Positions 49,601 to 62,000 of a stretch of DNA of 64,000 bases are shown piece after piece (position 1 is the first letter of the stretch; each line of letters opens with the position of its first letter). Position numbers and translations under genes: made by a program. The notes beneath the pieces were generated by a model. The model did no database searches. It was given only the letters and a program-made list of their open reading frames with translations, and was not told the DNA's origin. Source of the DNA: Perkinsus chesapeaki ATCC PRA-425 (taxonomy: Eukaryota; Protista; Perkinsozoa); NCBI GenBank assembly GCA_013115145.1, contig JAAPAO010000029.1, positions 1 through 64,000 on the forward strand, in the 5' to 3' direction.

Positions 49601-52407
49601 GGACCTGATGCGCAACAGCATCATGGTCATCAAGTACCGCTCGTTGTTAGCCACTAGCGAGGCAGTAATACATGATGCCTGCTGTCCTCGGTCTAGAGAT
49701 CCGATAAAACATAAGGATGGTTGTTGCTCGGCGGGGCGGCACCACCGGTGGTATGTGGCTCTTACCCAAAGACGGTCGACAGACACTCTGTGTCACACTC
49801 AGCGTGTATGCTTTTATGCAGCCTCATAAAGCACATGCATTGGTTCGAGAAGTTTTGAAGCAGCTTCAACATTGAAGATTTCAATAGGAGCTTCAATGAA
49901 GCTTCTATAGAGCGACTTCATACTCGACGAGATTCTCGTCATGATAACGACAAGCGTACTAGGCTTGATAATCAATAGGCTTAGCCTGGTATGGCCTATG
50001 ACCGTATTTCCCACTGTGAAATTCACACCAGAGAGTTTTTTATAACTCTTTTGCATATCATCGTCGCAGACGCTCTTCTTGCGGTCATCAAACCTGTGCA
50101 TGAAATCTTAATCGAAGTTTTTGGAGCGGCATTGCTCCACTGAAACGGCCACCATCAGGTTAATGAATGTAGCCTAGACAACAACATCAGCGAGACATTC
50201 AATGCCGCATTAACACTGGGGCAGAATGGAGGGCGCCGTATGATTTCTGGGACTGAGGTCTACAACTTCTTGATCACTCATTGTTGCACAATTGACGCAC
50301 CCTTCTGACGAAACTTGAGACATGGCTTGGAAGGAAACCTCGACTTGGTTTCTTCGTAACGTAGGCTCCGTTACGAAGCTATTTGAGTTTCTCGTTATGT
50401 GCTACTATTATACCGATCTTTTCATAGCTCTTCTGAAGTTCACCAATGATGAGGATGATACTTTACCGCAAAGTCTGGATACAGAGTCAATACTTTACCG
50501 CGATTGTCCAGGGCCAACAATCTTTCAGGTTGAAAGCCTAACATGTGACCTAACGTGCTGTTTTTTGAAAACCACTAGAACTAAAGCACGGTCGTCTGAC
50601 GGAACATGAAACCTGAAAAAAAAGAATAATTGGCTTGAAATAGGGAATCCGCAAACGCAGGCTTCGTTGCGGAGTTTTGACAAATATCGTTTGTCCGGTT
50701 GCGTTAATCTAAAACTGTATATGTTTCTCGGCGAGAGCTCTCGAGAAGGCATTCAGTTGCCCTGAAGGAGATGCTAAGTTGGGGCGAAAATGTCGAGAAT
50801 GACCGATGTGGATGACTGCTTTTCGTACAGGTTCAAAAGTCGGGTCAAATCACTGATGACGTTATACATCAGACTTTAGTGGACCCATTGCCAAGTGGGG
50901 CGAGATTGACTAGTGTTATGGATTGCTGTCACTCGGGAACAGGTGACACCGGGAGAATGGAAGTCCCGATGTGAGATATATAGAAGTTTATAACGAGTGA
51001 CTGCGTGTGATTGGTTGCTGCCAGTTCATTCCTTGTTGTGATATCGTATACGGTATAACGCAAGTACTGATCACATAATATTACCTGCATCCACCCGTGT
51101 TGTACTATTCATCCGCCTTTTGTAACTGAGCGCTGAATTTCCTCTCTAAATCGCCAGGTTATTAATGGTGCAAGTCTTACAATGTAAGACCTGTTAGAAT
51201 TTCCTCGAAGTACCTCCTCCTCCCCAACACATGTAGGTCAGCATAGGCATACATTCAAATAGTGGAATTCACTAAGATCCCCAAACCTCTTCCCGAACAC
51301 CCAGTTTCGGACTTGTCTGTGGTATATCAGGTATGGACTTGCCATGGGCGTGGCTGACCGGCAGAGGTTGGAAGGAAGACGTGAATCCATGGCTCTCTAA
51401 AGGAGATGTAAAGTATCCTTGTCTTGGAGCTTTGCAATGCTGCTGTGAACTAGGTTCAGTTGTTCAGTGGATGTGATGACAGTCAGACTTCAGCTGATGC
51501 CTCAACTGGGAATCAAAGAGGTGGAGCTATGACCACTGCATTTTGTAAGTTATTTATGAAGAACGGTAGCATTTGTGTTCGCTGGTGTATGGCATGAACT
51601 CTATGCTAAGACTTCTCAACGTTCGTTTCCACTGGAAACTTTCCGGCAAGTATAAATCCTATAAATACTTCCTCTCGCATTTAGTAAATGCCATTTACTA
51701 TAAGTGGTTTACTGGTAGTCGAGGCTTGTGTTGTATGGTATATAACATATGTCTCTACTACCAGTAAATTGCTAGTAAGATTGAGAGATTGCCCTAGGTC
51801 GTAACCCTACGATGATAATGACTAAGTCGTAGAATAGCCTTCTATCATAATTTCTGTAATGAAGTTCCCGCGAATATTCTTCACGTATGTTTCTTCAGGT
51901 AACGCAATCAGAAGAAATCCTCAGGTCACCTACACCGCCCTTATAGAGAATCTAGATATCGAAATGAAGAGGGAGCATATGTCTCAGCGTCCCCAATTGT
52001 CATCATCTCAAGTCTTCCCCATAGATAGGTCGGAAGGTGGAGGCTCAGTCGCTCGTGATCTGTTCCTCCTCAGACCGTTCAATCTCACTGATATTCTTCC
52101 CAATCAGAATCAGTACGTCGGTCGCATAGTTCACAAGAAGTTCGCGCCGCACCCCAACGCCAATAAAAACCGCGCCCTTAATGCGCTCCTGGCGGGGACT
52201 GCCGGGTTCGCTGGAGGGATGCTCCTAGGCGATGCAATCGGGCAAAACCACCGAAGGCCACCGGTTGTTGTTGGGCCCGGCAGAAGACCGGTTGTCGTCG
52301 AGCCTCGAAGAAGACCTGTTGTCGTCGGCCCAAGGAGGCCTGGGCCGGTGTTTGTAGCTGGCCCTAGAGGGCCATTCGGCGGGAAGGGCAAGGGATTCAG
52401 ATGGTGA
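46668..52407 (+). CDS. MCA1: Metacaspase copy 1: CUE/UBA-like + zinc ribbon + Q/P-rich prodomain + p20/p10 + Gly-zipper/Pro-Arg tail
   Basis: MSVPYGRPFTDDDIKAVSELCPA|SSSSDVELALWRSNGNRNMAANMLL; CCSC..CPNC; [50 protein letters not shown]. Confidence 0.9.
47211..47235 (-). other. tRNA 3'-end-like fragment upstream of acceptor 47247
   Basis: Reverse complement CCGAG-TTCGAAC-CCCAG-CTAGGAC-A. Confidence 0.5.
47363..47392 (-). other. tRNA 3'-end-like fragment with T5 run filling the 44-bp intron 47357-47400
   Basis: Reverse complement CCAAG-TTCAATC-CCCGG-GGACCAC-A-TTTTT. Confidence 0.55.
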
Positions 52408-52985
52408 TTTATTATATTTTGTTCGGTATTTGGCTTCCTAAAGTGGAAGCTAGTTACTACATCCATTTTGGATATTGAGGTCCTTCTGTAACTGCACCAC
52501 CTGCTCAGCAGCATGTTATGCTGCGGTACCGTAATTCTTAAAACGATTTATCGATTTCGATTTCCATTCAAACTGGTGTGAAGTTGAGTGTTCTGAGTAG
52601 CGACTCTTTTACACGCTCTTTTACTTTAACTTTACAGATTTTGAGCTTCTACTTTCGATGGCAGCACTTTTCTGAGCGTTTTACCCAGATACAGATTTGT
52701 TCGCTTATCAAGTCCACTTCGCATACTGATGCATTTTAGTCTTATGTGGTCTTAGGCGACGCAAGTGAATAAATGAGTTGGCTTTGTTGTTTCGATGCTG
52801 AAGTTACATTGAGAGTTGATCACTATCACTGGCCCAGTGCTATAGACGATCTCGTCTTAGAGGGCCTGTAGGGTCTTTTCATCGTAAACTTGTGACTGTC
52901 AATTTAGGTATGGGTGCCTTACAAGTATATTATAGTTATTTACTACTTATAATTTCTTACACTATTTAGTAGTATATTATTTATT

Positions 52986-55900
52986 ATGTCCATCACACCG
53001 CCCATTCCACAGAGCGATATCGATGAAGTTAGATTTCTAAGCCCGTCTAGTAAGAACATACTCGTACTTAGAATCATTGATTACACATTTCCGTGGGCGA
53101 TTCACCGTTCGATGTACCTTCATTATCATCGAGTGTAGAAGTAACATAGGAAAATGTAACTGTATGCTACGGTTACATTCACCCAACTAATACACTGACC
53201 ATATGTTAAAACCAATAAATTTAAAACTTCAAGTGAAAACTCTAAAAAATGAATGTATGAGGCCCGTTGAAAGTTGAACCGTCTTTAGATGACGGGTACT
53301 GTATCAGTACGGCATTTCAGTAAAGTGCGTCTTGTGGCTTTCAAAACAAGATAAACTCGTTAGCCAACTTCTCACCAGTTCATGCTGAAAGTATTTTTAT
53401 CCTCTTAGATAGCAACGGTCTAAAGTCCACATTATTGCTACACCTATTCGTAATGCAGTTGGAATTTCCCTGAGTCAGGTTCTGATAATGAGATAGAGGC
53501 CGCACTTTATAAATACCACGGAAATAAGGACTTGGCCGTTAATGAATTGCTCAGCAAGGCGGAGGACCAGAAGGTATCGAAACGTTCGATGCAGCCGGAA
53601 CAGATGTAAGTAATACGGATTCGGCGGTACGGATTTTGGCTTATGTGACAGGTACACCCCCTCGGTCAATGGTACATATGGAGCTCCTAACCAATCAAAT
53701 GTAACGTGGGCCTCGGCTGAAAACCGGTTTTTTCTGTGGGAAGTTTGTCACTCGGCGAAAATGAAAATAAAGGAGGTTGGAGTTCCCCCTCTACGACTGG
53801 ACTCTCGAGGCGCAAGAAGGGTGAATCTAAAATACTTTCGTGGCTGCGCTGATCGCTCGAAACCTTCTATCTTATCTTATTATCTTGTCTTAGTCACAAT
53901 CAGTACGAGTTCAAGTCGAATGCGGGATGTGTCATGAAGTTTTGATTATTCAAGTGGAAGCGACACGTAAGTTCGGGAAAGTTGAGCTGGCGACCATCTA
54001 GCCTCACGGAGATATGCTCCTCTGATGGAAAGAATTTCCTAATGCGGAGGAGATGCTTCGCGAATTTGGCTAGGAAATAGGTAGAGGAAGCATCACACGC
54101 ACTCCCAAGGGGTCTAGGATGTCATGCGTTAGGGAAGCATCCAATATGGTGCCCTTGCAGGGAAGACCCGAAGCACTCATAATGGATTCTCGCGATGAGT
54201 GTTTAATTGATAGAATGGCAAACTTGATTAGTGTAGATTGAGTTATCTGTTGGTTGGGAAGCCTCGAGGGTATCAAACATCTCAGCAAAAGCTGTCTTGA
54301 GAATTCCTTGTGTACAAAGTCATTTCGTGCTCACCATGGCGGAAGCCTTGATCTCTGCACTGCTGCCAAAGGGATAATTTCGCCTGCCGTAGAGGGAGCA
54401 GTGTTTTCGTCGAATATCGCTGTTATTTGTTGCATTCCTCGGATCGTGCCTCTGTCTTTCAGGTGGTATGCCTCTTCGTGCCCGTGCTACATGTCCACAC
54501 TGTCAGCAGCTCAATGAGTTTGATATTCCTGCGTCACAGCAGCAGCAACAGGTAACCATACCGACTCGATATTACCGAGCGCCTCGTTGCGAGCCACAGC
54601 TAAATAATGGATCTCAGGTCTCGCCAGCTCCCGTGGCCCAGCAAGCTCAGCCTCAAGCGTTTGCTCCAAGCGTTGCGTATCCGGATAATCAGGTAAGGCG
54701 GTCTGTGTTTCATTTGCAAAGGTCCGAAGCTTCTGAAATATATATGTCGAACTTCAAAGTTCGAAGTTGTATAAGTCTTCATTTCGGCAAAATGATGTGT
54801 TAATTAGATTTCCGCCTTGTGTACATACAAGATACAGTTTATCTGATTAAGAAGTTGACTAATTTAGTTAGCAAACGACAGACACAGTCTTATTGCGGAT
54901 GATAGGTCTCCAGTCTATAGAAGCGGTAGGAGTGCTCTGTGTGTTTTGTCAGGTAAACTCTGGTGCGCAAGATCAACCAAGTATGCAGACACAGGCGCAG
55001 TATGGTATGCCAGCCACTATACAAGTCCAACAAGCTACTGTAGCGGTCCCTCCTCCCACACTTAGCGGTGAGTGCAGTCTGTGTCGGAGGTGTATTCAAT
55101 GTGATGGTTTGTTGTCATACATGAAGTGGACTACATTCCCGGGCTTATACAGTAGAAGTCCGTATTAGACATAGCAGTTTGGAATTAGCACAGTAGTTTT
55201 TCACACTCATTTAGCTCTAGTAAGAATCTGTCTCGCTGAGTGGTAGTTGGCGAAGACCCATTTGTGGTGGGTTACGTTCTGTAGATTCACGGGGCTTTAG
55301 ATTTGGTACGGGTTCCTATTCGCCTCAGTCTGCAATAATGCGCGAGTGCACGAATGCGCGCTATGCTTCGGTAGTGAACGGTGTTGTGATTTATTAGGTG
55401 TACAAAGAGCATTATTAGTTGGTATTAACTATTATGGGAGTAGTTGTGAATTATCTGGTTGTATACCGGATGTGCATAATATGAAAAGATTATTAGTTGA
55501 AACTTATCATTGGAATCCAAATGATATTAAATTATTAACTGATGATGGAGAAAATGAAATGGCAACACGTAAGCTTATACTGGATTATTCAACTACTCTT
55601 CTATTACAACTTCTCAGGTGCAAATATAATCCGTTATATGCATTGGCTGGTTAAGGATGCCAAGCCTGGTGATATATTCTTCTTCCATTATTCTGGCCAT
55701 GGAGCTCAACAGGTAATTATACTCAATACCACTTTTTTCATTATTAATCATGTTTTCAGGAGGATCCTTTACATTTAGAAGAAGATGGTATGAATGAGAC
55801 TATCATACCAGTTGATGTAAGCAGGTGAATGTAGCTTGAAAAATCTATGAACAGATTCTAGACATTCTAGCAGCATAATGTCAGAAGTCTCCTGTGTAAA

Positions 55901-58511
55901 TGCTAGGCCATGTCATGGACCATGCATCATTATAGCTTTTTGGTAACTCTCTCTGCTGCATGCCACGACTTACGATAATTCACGGCTTCGAAAAGACTTC
56001 GTATGGGTGACCAGCCAGCATTCAGAGGAGCGCAACTCCGCTGAGTGGCAGCTTTCTTACGAGCTACAACTCGTAGCCTACAAGCAGACTAATTAAGGTT
56101 CATCATACATTGTAAAGTGCACTGCTTGTAGTACAACATTCCAGCGCCACCGATATATTGTACGCGGCTTAGTAAGCAGGGCTATAGCTAATCTTAGGCC
56201 AAGATGAGTGATTCTCGAGATCAGATCGTAGATCTTGAAGATCTATCTAAGATCCTTGGATGACTGAATTGGGTATGCCGGAATTTGCGGTATGCCGAGG
56301 CACAGACCTTCCAGTTACATCTGCGACAGCACCCAGGGCTTTATCACTGCTGTCAAACACGTCTATGAAGGGTCACATCAACACAATTCGCTGCCATTGC
56401 CACACCATAGAAGCGGCAAAAAGCCCACATACAATGTAAACGTTTAACACCTGTCTTAGCAGACAATGATGTTTTATCATTAATGAGATCTGAACGGATT
56501 AGTTCGTACAATCCCCCGGTACTGACCTGGTAAAACGTACTGAGTGGATTACGTCATAAGTAAACGACAATGGCTTGTCTCAAGTGCAAGTTCTACGGCT
56601 TCTAATCCTGCGAACGATCCAGCTGCCGGACACCAAGTCTGAAAGGAGAGCAGTTCGTTCTAGTGACGTTGCAGGCTGGGCCGCAAGTAAAAATTATTGA
56701 TTGAATCACATGAAGGTACATGGACTATGGGTCTTTTTTCTACCTCAATGTGTCGAGTAATCAATCTATAGTAATGCGATTGAGTGTATTTCTGTACCGA
56801 CATGAAGATTTCGACATGTGGCCTCAACGAAAACCCAATAAATTTGGAGCACGTTTTCGAGCCTGTTTTGGCCAAGAATTGCACTTCATCAGGTTAAGAA
56901 AGCTGGCCAAATAACAGATGATGAGATATTTCAGAGTTTAGTAGTACCGCTTCCCAGCGGTGTACGTCTTACAAGCGTCATGGATTGCTGCCATTCAGGA
57001 ACAGGTTTGTTCGCCACAGCTCCTGTCGATTTCTCACTCTAACACGCTGTATTGTTTACCGCATTCCGCGTCAGCATCAGTTGAACTTGTCTTTTTTGTA
57101 GGTATGGATTTGCCCTGGAAATGGGTGGAGCATCGAGGCTGGAAGGAAGACGTTAATCCATGGCATTCAACGGGAGATGTAAGGCATGTGTGAGGAGTAG
57201 TTCCGTAGACCTCGATTTAGTACGCTATTTGCCCGGTACATTATTCGGGATGCAATGGCCATCAGTCGCTGATATTATCATAATAATATTATTAGCCATT
57301 TAGCTTGCAGTCTGAAAGTTGCAAAATATTACTCCTATGGTGCACCAGGCTTTATGTGATAGGTCCAGCTGTTCAGTGGTTGTGATGATGCCCAGACTTC
57401 AGCAGATTCCTCAGCGGGGCCGATTAGTGGTGGAGCAATGACTACTGCATTTTGTAAGATGCAGTTCCTCTCAGTTAGGGAAGTCCACTCGGAATGAGCT
57501 CGTACGTTTATACTGTAGGCGTCCGCGAGAAGACTTAAAAGTCTTGTGAAATTTCGTCAGACTATTCACGGTTTGTTGCACTTCCCTTCACTTGAGACGG
57601 TATACATTATTTTCATAAATTCTGTGCCTTGATGAAAGTTGTGCAGTTTGTCGCTCCTGGACCAGGAATCCTGGTTTCCTATATAGGTCTATATTAGACT
57701 TCCGGTTCCATTCTTTTAGAGGGCTCGCGTGAGCTAGGATTCTACTCCATTTTGTCATTTCGGAGTTAGAGTAATCCGTGATACCTTGGCGGAAACTGAG
57801 CTTTGCACTTGTGACAGTTTTGCTGATATTTCCCGGAAATAATTTCCCGTAATGATGCAGAATCGACATCACATAGCTGCTATGTCATAGCACCGTTCTC
57901 CAGGTAACGCAATTCGCGCTCGCCCGCAAATTTCATACGTTGATCTCATCGATAGACTGAATGATGAGATGCGTAGGAAGCATATGTCACAGAGGCCTCA
58001 GTTATCAAGCTCACAGGTGTTCCCTTTGGACAGGTAAGATTCCCTCGTGATTGGGCGGATGAACTTGAAGGGAAAACTCTGCAGTATTGATTGGATAACC
58101 CGTTCTTAGTGGTTGGTTTTTCCCGCTCAGCACCAGTCACTGGCTCTCCCTTCATTCGACGTTCACCCAACTTGGAGAGACGTCTGACTTTGACTTTGTC
58201 TGTTTCCGCTCAGACCGTTTAATCTCACAGATATCCTGCCCAACCAGAACAAGCATATCGGCCGAACTGTGCGCCAAAAATTTAAGGCCCGTCCAGATCC
58301 GAAGAAAAATGATTTCCTGAAGAAGATGATGGTGGCCGGCGGAGTTGGACTGGTCGGCGGCATGCTCCTCGGAGCGGCCACGGACGATTCTCCTCGCCCG
58401 ATCGTTTTCGCGCCGAGACCGCCAGCTCTGTTTAGCGGACCGCGAATCGTTTTGGGCGGAGGGGGCCCGTTTAGAAGGGGACCATTTGGAAAGGGAAATG
58501 GAATCTGGTAG
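52986..58511 (+). CDS. MCA1: Metacaspase copy 2, same architecture
   Basis: [21 protein letters not shown]|[25 protein letters not shown]; ECGMC..TCPHC; FFHYSGHG; VMDCCHSGT; tail [23 protein letters not shown]. Confidence 0.9.
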
Positions 58512-59093
58512 AAAGATTCCCCCACTGAAAATCTTTACAGTGCGATTCTGGAGTTAGTGTGACTCGCACTGTGCGAAATGGTGAGTATCATTCAGTGTGC
58601 TTTATTATAGTTAGTTAGTAGTAGTAAGATTCCTCGCATTGATGTGGATATCTTTACCAGCGAATTACTATCGTGAAAAGCTTCGTTTTGTGTTTTGCTA
58701 TTGCGAAAAAAACCTTCACAGTGCGTATGAGAATCTTTCTAATGCGTTGTGATATACCGATTTTAGTCATATACAGTGTATGATTGTTTACTGAGGTAAT
58801 ATAAGATATTCTGAATTTACTGGACGTGTGGTTTGAACCAGGAACCTTTCGATTACGCAGATGTTCCTTCTCTCTGTTCCGCTATTTTGATGTTGTGTTG
58901 GCTGGGATTTGCCGAACGATCATGTTTTTATTACTGAGGAGGATTTACTTGTTGTTACCGTCTCTTCGTGTGTCGCCGCAGGAGCTGATCAAGGGTCGTG
59001 GGAACACGTTCTACAGATCTACAAACAGAAGAGAAGTTTTCTTAGAAAATCGTAATTAGTATACCAGGCATCAATAAATAGTTTATTTTAATA

Positions 59094-62000
59094 ATGGTAA
59101 CCAAGCCGTTCTCACCTGATGCCATTTCACAGATAAGGTTCCTGTGCCCCAATAGTAAGTTTTCTATTGCCTTTCACACTGGACATCTAGTTGTCTTTGT
59201 GTAATTTGTCCCCCTCCAGGTTCTGATAATGAGATTGAAGCAGCTTTATATAAATACAACGGCGACCAGAATATGGCTGTAAATGAGTTGTTGAATCAAC
59301 AGGAACAGAGACGATCGAACAGCCGCCATCAAAGTGGAAGTCGAAATTAGTAGGTCCATCCGCCTCGTTGGCACCCCACAATGCGCGCTGTCTATTTTTT
59401 ATGATTTTATATATGAACTCTAATGCATGTTAAAAATTTGAATTAATGCCTTTAAAATGTTGCCTATAGATATTGGTGTCACAAAGGTCAATCCGCTTTA
59501 CCCATCGACAAACTCCGAGCCGTGCATCTGTGTCGTTGTTAGTTACCAGCAGGCCCCTCAAGTCGCTACCGGAAACAGCGCACCATTACAGGCTACAGTG
59601 GTGAGCTTCAAAATCCGCAAATCGGCGTGACCTGTGTTCTAGGTGCAACCGAGAGAAGTGACGAGAACGGCTCAGGTGCAGTGTGGATCTTGCCACCAAG
59701 TTTTGACGGTCCAGATGACAGCGATGCGTAAGAAGCTCTGCGTCTCTTTCCCGTAGGCCCCCCATATAATTTAGGTGACCAATCTGTGAAGGCTCAGGCG
59801 ACATGTCCGCATTGCCAGATGCTGAATGAGTTCATGATTCCCCCTGAGACGGTAAACTTTCGCCGAACGAAATCGAGTCGAACTATTATGGCCTATTTGG
59901 AGACACCGGAGACTATGGTGTAGAGTCACTAGAATTTCGTGCATAAATTGCTGGCGGATCGCGAACTGCGAGTCGCAATTTTCGTGGCATTTGTCAAATG
60001 TCTTCTTTTATGCGGTTTTCCTGGCTTATGATTTTAAAAACTGAGTTGATTTCATGTGTTCACTGGTTAAACCAGTTTGGTTTTATCCAGTGCCGCCGTT
60101 TGTATGCTTTCATCCTTCCAAATTGCGCGGACATCTGAATCCGTATCTCACTGTGTTGCAGTTGATTACGCTTACATCAGGTGCCAACGGCAACAGCGAT
60201 GCCTATGAGCGGCGGCGGTGGCCTGCCGCAGCAAGCTCCTCCACCGAGTATGCAAAGTCAGGCAATGTATGGGCTGCCGAGCACGATGCAAATGCAACAA
60301 ACATCACAAGTCGGAATGCCAACACCGTCTCTTACTGGTACAGAGGGCAAAGTCACGCGCCAGGAAATTGTGTGTTTTAGGTGTACAGAGAGCTCTATTG
60401 ATTGGTATTAATTATTACAACACACCGGCGCAGCTTTCGGGATGCATACCTGATGTAGGTTGGGAAAAATCTTCATAGTGCGAAAAGATTCGTGGTTCTC
60501 AAAGGATACGTGTGTGGCAATGTATGAAAGTCTCTTGGAAATGAATTGTATATGGCTTGCCGACAGCAAGTTGGCTCTTTTCGGGCGCGAATGCGAACAT
60601 CCGCATGCACCACGTTGGTAATTACACCATATCGAACTGAATTGTCAGCTCTAATTTTCTTATCGGAAGATAGCGGCTTGCAGCGGCCTCTGCTGAATCG
60701 AGCAGCACTCGTGCTATTAAGGACTCTTGTTGTTTCTTTCTAGTGTATCCTGCACCGTATTTCGTATTATGATAATTTGTGTGTTTAACAGGCTCACAAT
60801 ATGTTCCGATTGCTTACTGAGACTTATCGGTGGAATCCTGGTGATATAAGAATGATGACAGATGATGGAAGGGCTGAGATGCCAACTAGTAGGTTCGGAT
60901 TGGTTGGTCACGAATTTGATTTCCATCGGACTTTTGCAGCTTGTTAAGCTTGGTGTAAGTCTTGCAAATGGCGCGGTAGTTTTTGTCGATAGCGTTATCT
61001 CCTCAAATTTCCGAAGAACTTTGTTTGCAGCCCATCGCATTTAATTGCTTGCAGGAGCTAACATCATAGCGGCATTGCATTGGCTGGTGAGGGATGCCAA
61101 GCCAGGTGATGTATTCTTCTTCCATTATTCTGGTCATGGATCCCAACAAGTAATAACCTATCTACCTTCGCTCCGCTAGGATTCTATCCTTCCAGACCGA
61201 TCCTTATGGCTTGGAGGAGGATGGAATGAATGAGACGATCTTACCGTGTGATGTAAGTGATAACGCTTAAAGAATCATATTGTCTCTGGATGAAAATTTC
61301 CGGATCCGTATAAGCATGTGCGCGTGTCACATAGTAAATTGACGAACTCATCGGCATGCAGTGGCCCACTGCTAGTGGGATATCGCTATGTCATTTGACT
61401 TATCTCATTTACTGCTAGAGTTTACATAGTTTACGCAGAAGAGCGGAGTCTTTATGCATTTTCGTATTTCACTCAGGTGCGTCAAGCAGGCATGATTTCA
61501 GACGATGAAATATTTGCTATCTTGGTTGCACCTTTACCGAGTGGAGTCAGGCTGACAAGTGTTATGGACTGCTGTCATTCCGGAACAGGTACAGAACACT
61601 GGTGGCTTTTTGTTGCGTATGGTAGTTTTCAAAAGTAAGTTTCACTCTAATTCCTGGAACCTGCCAAAACTCACCGATTATTTTCTTGGGATACATGAGG
61701 GTCAGGTTTGGGGGCAGCACACAAAATTATCATGTTTCTGGGAAAAGCAGGTGTTTGACCGTCAAACTTTGAGAAGAATGTTTTATCGTGGGTAGTTTGA
61801 CTCTGTTCAATCAGGCATGGATTTACCCTGGCGCTGGATTGAGAGAAGAGGCTGGAAAGAAGAGACGAATCCATGGCATTCACTCGGCGATGTGAGTTCG
61901 AAGTATCTTTGTACTCTGAGCTTCCTATTCGTATCACGCATTCATTGCTGCACATACCATCATTTCGTTACGCACGTGTTGTCCATTGTACACAGTCCAT

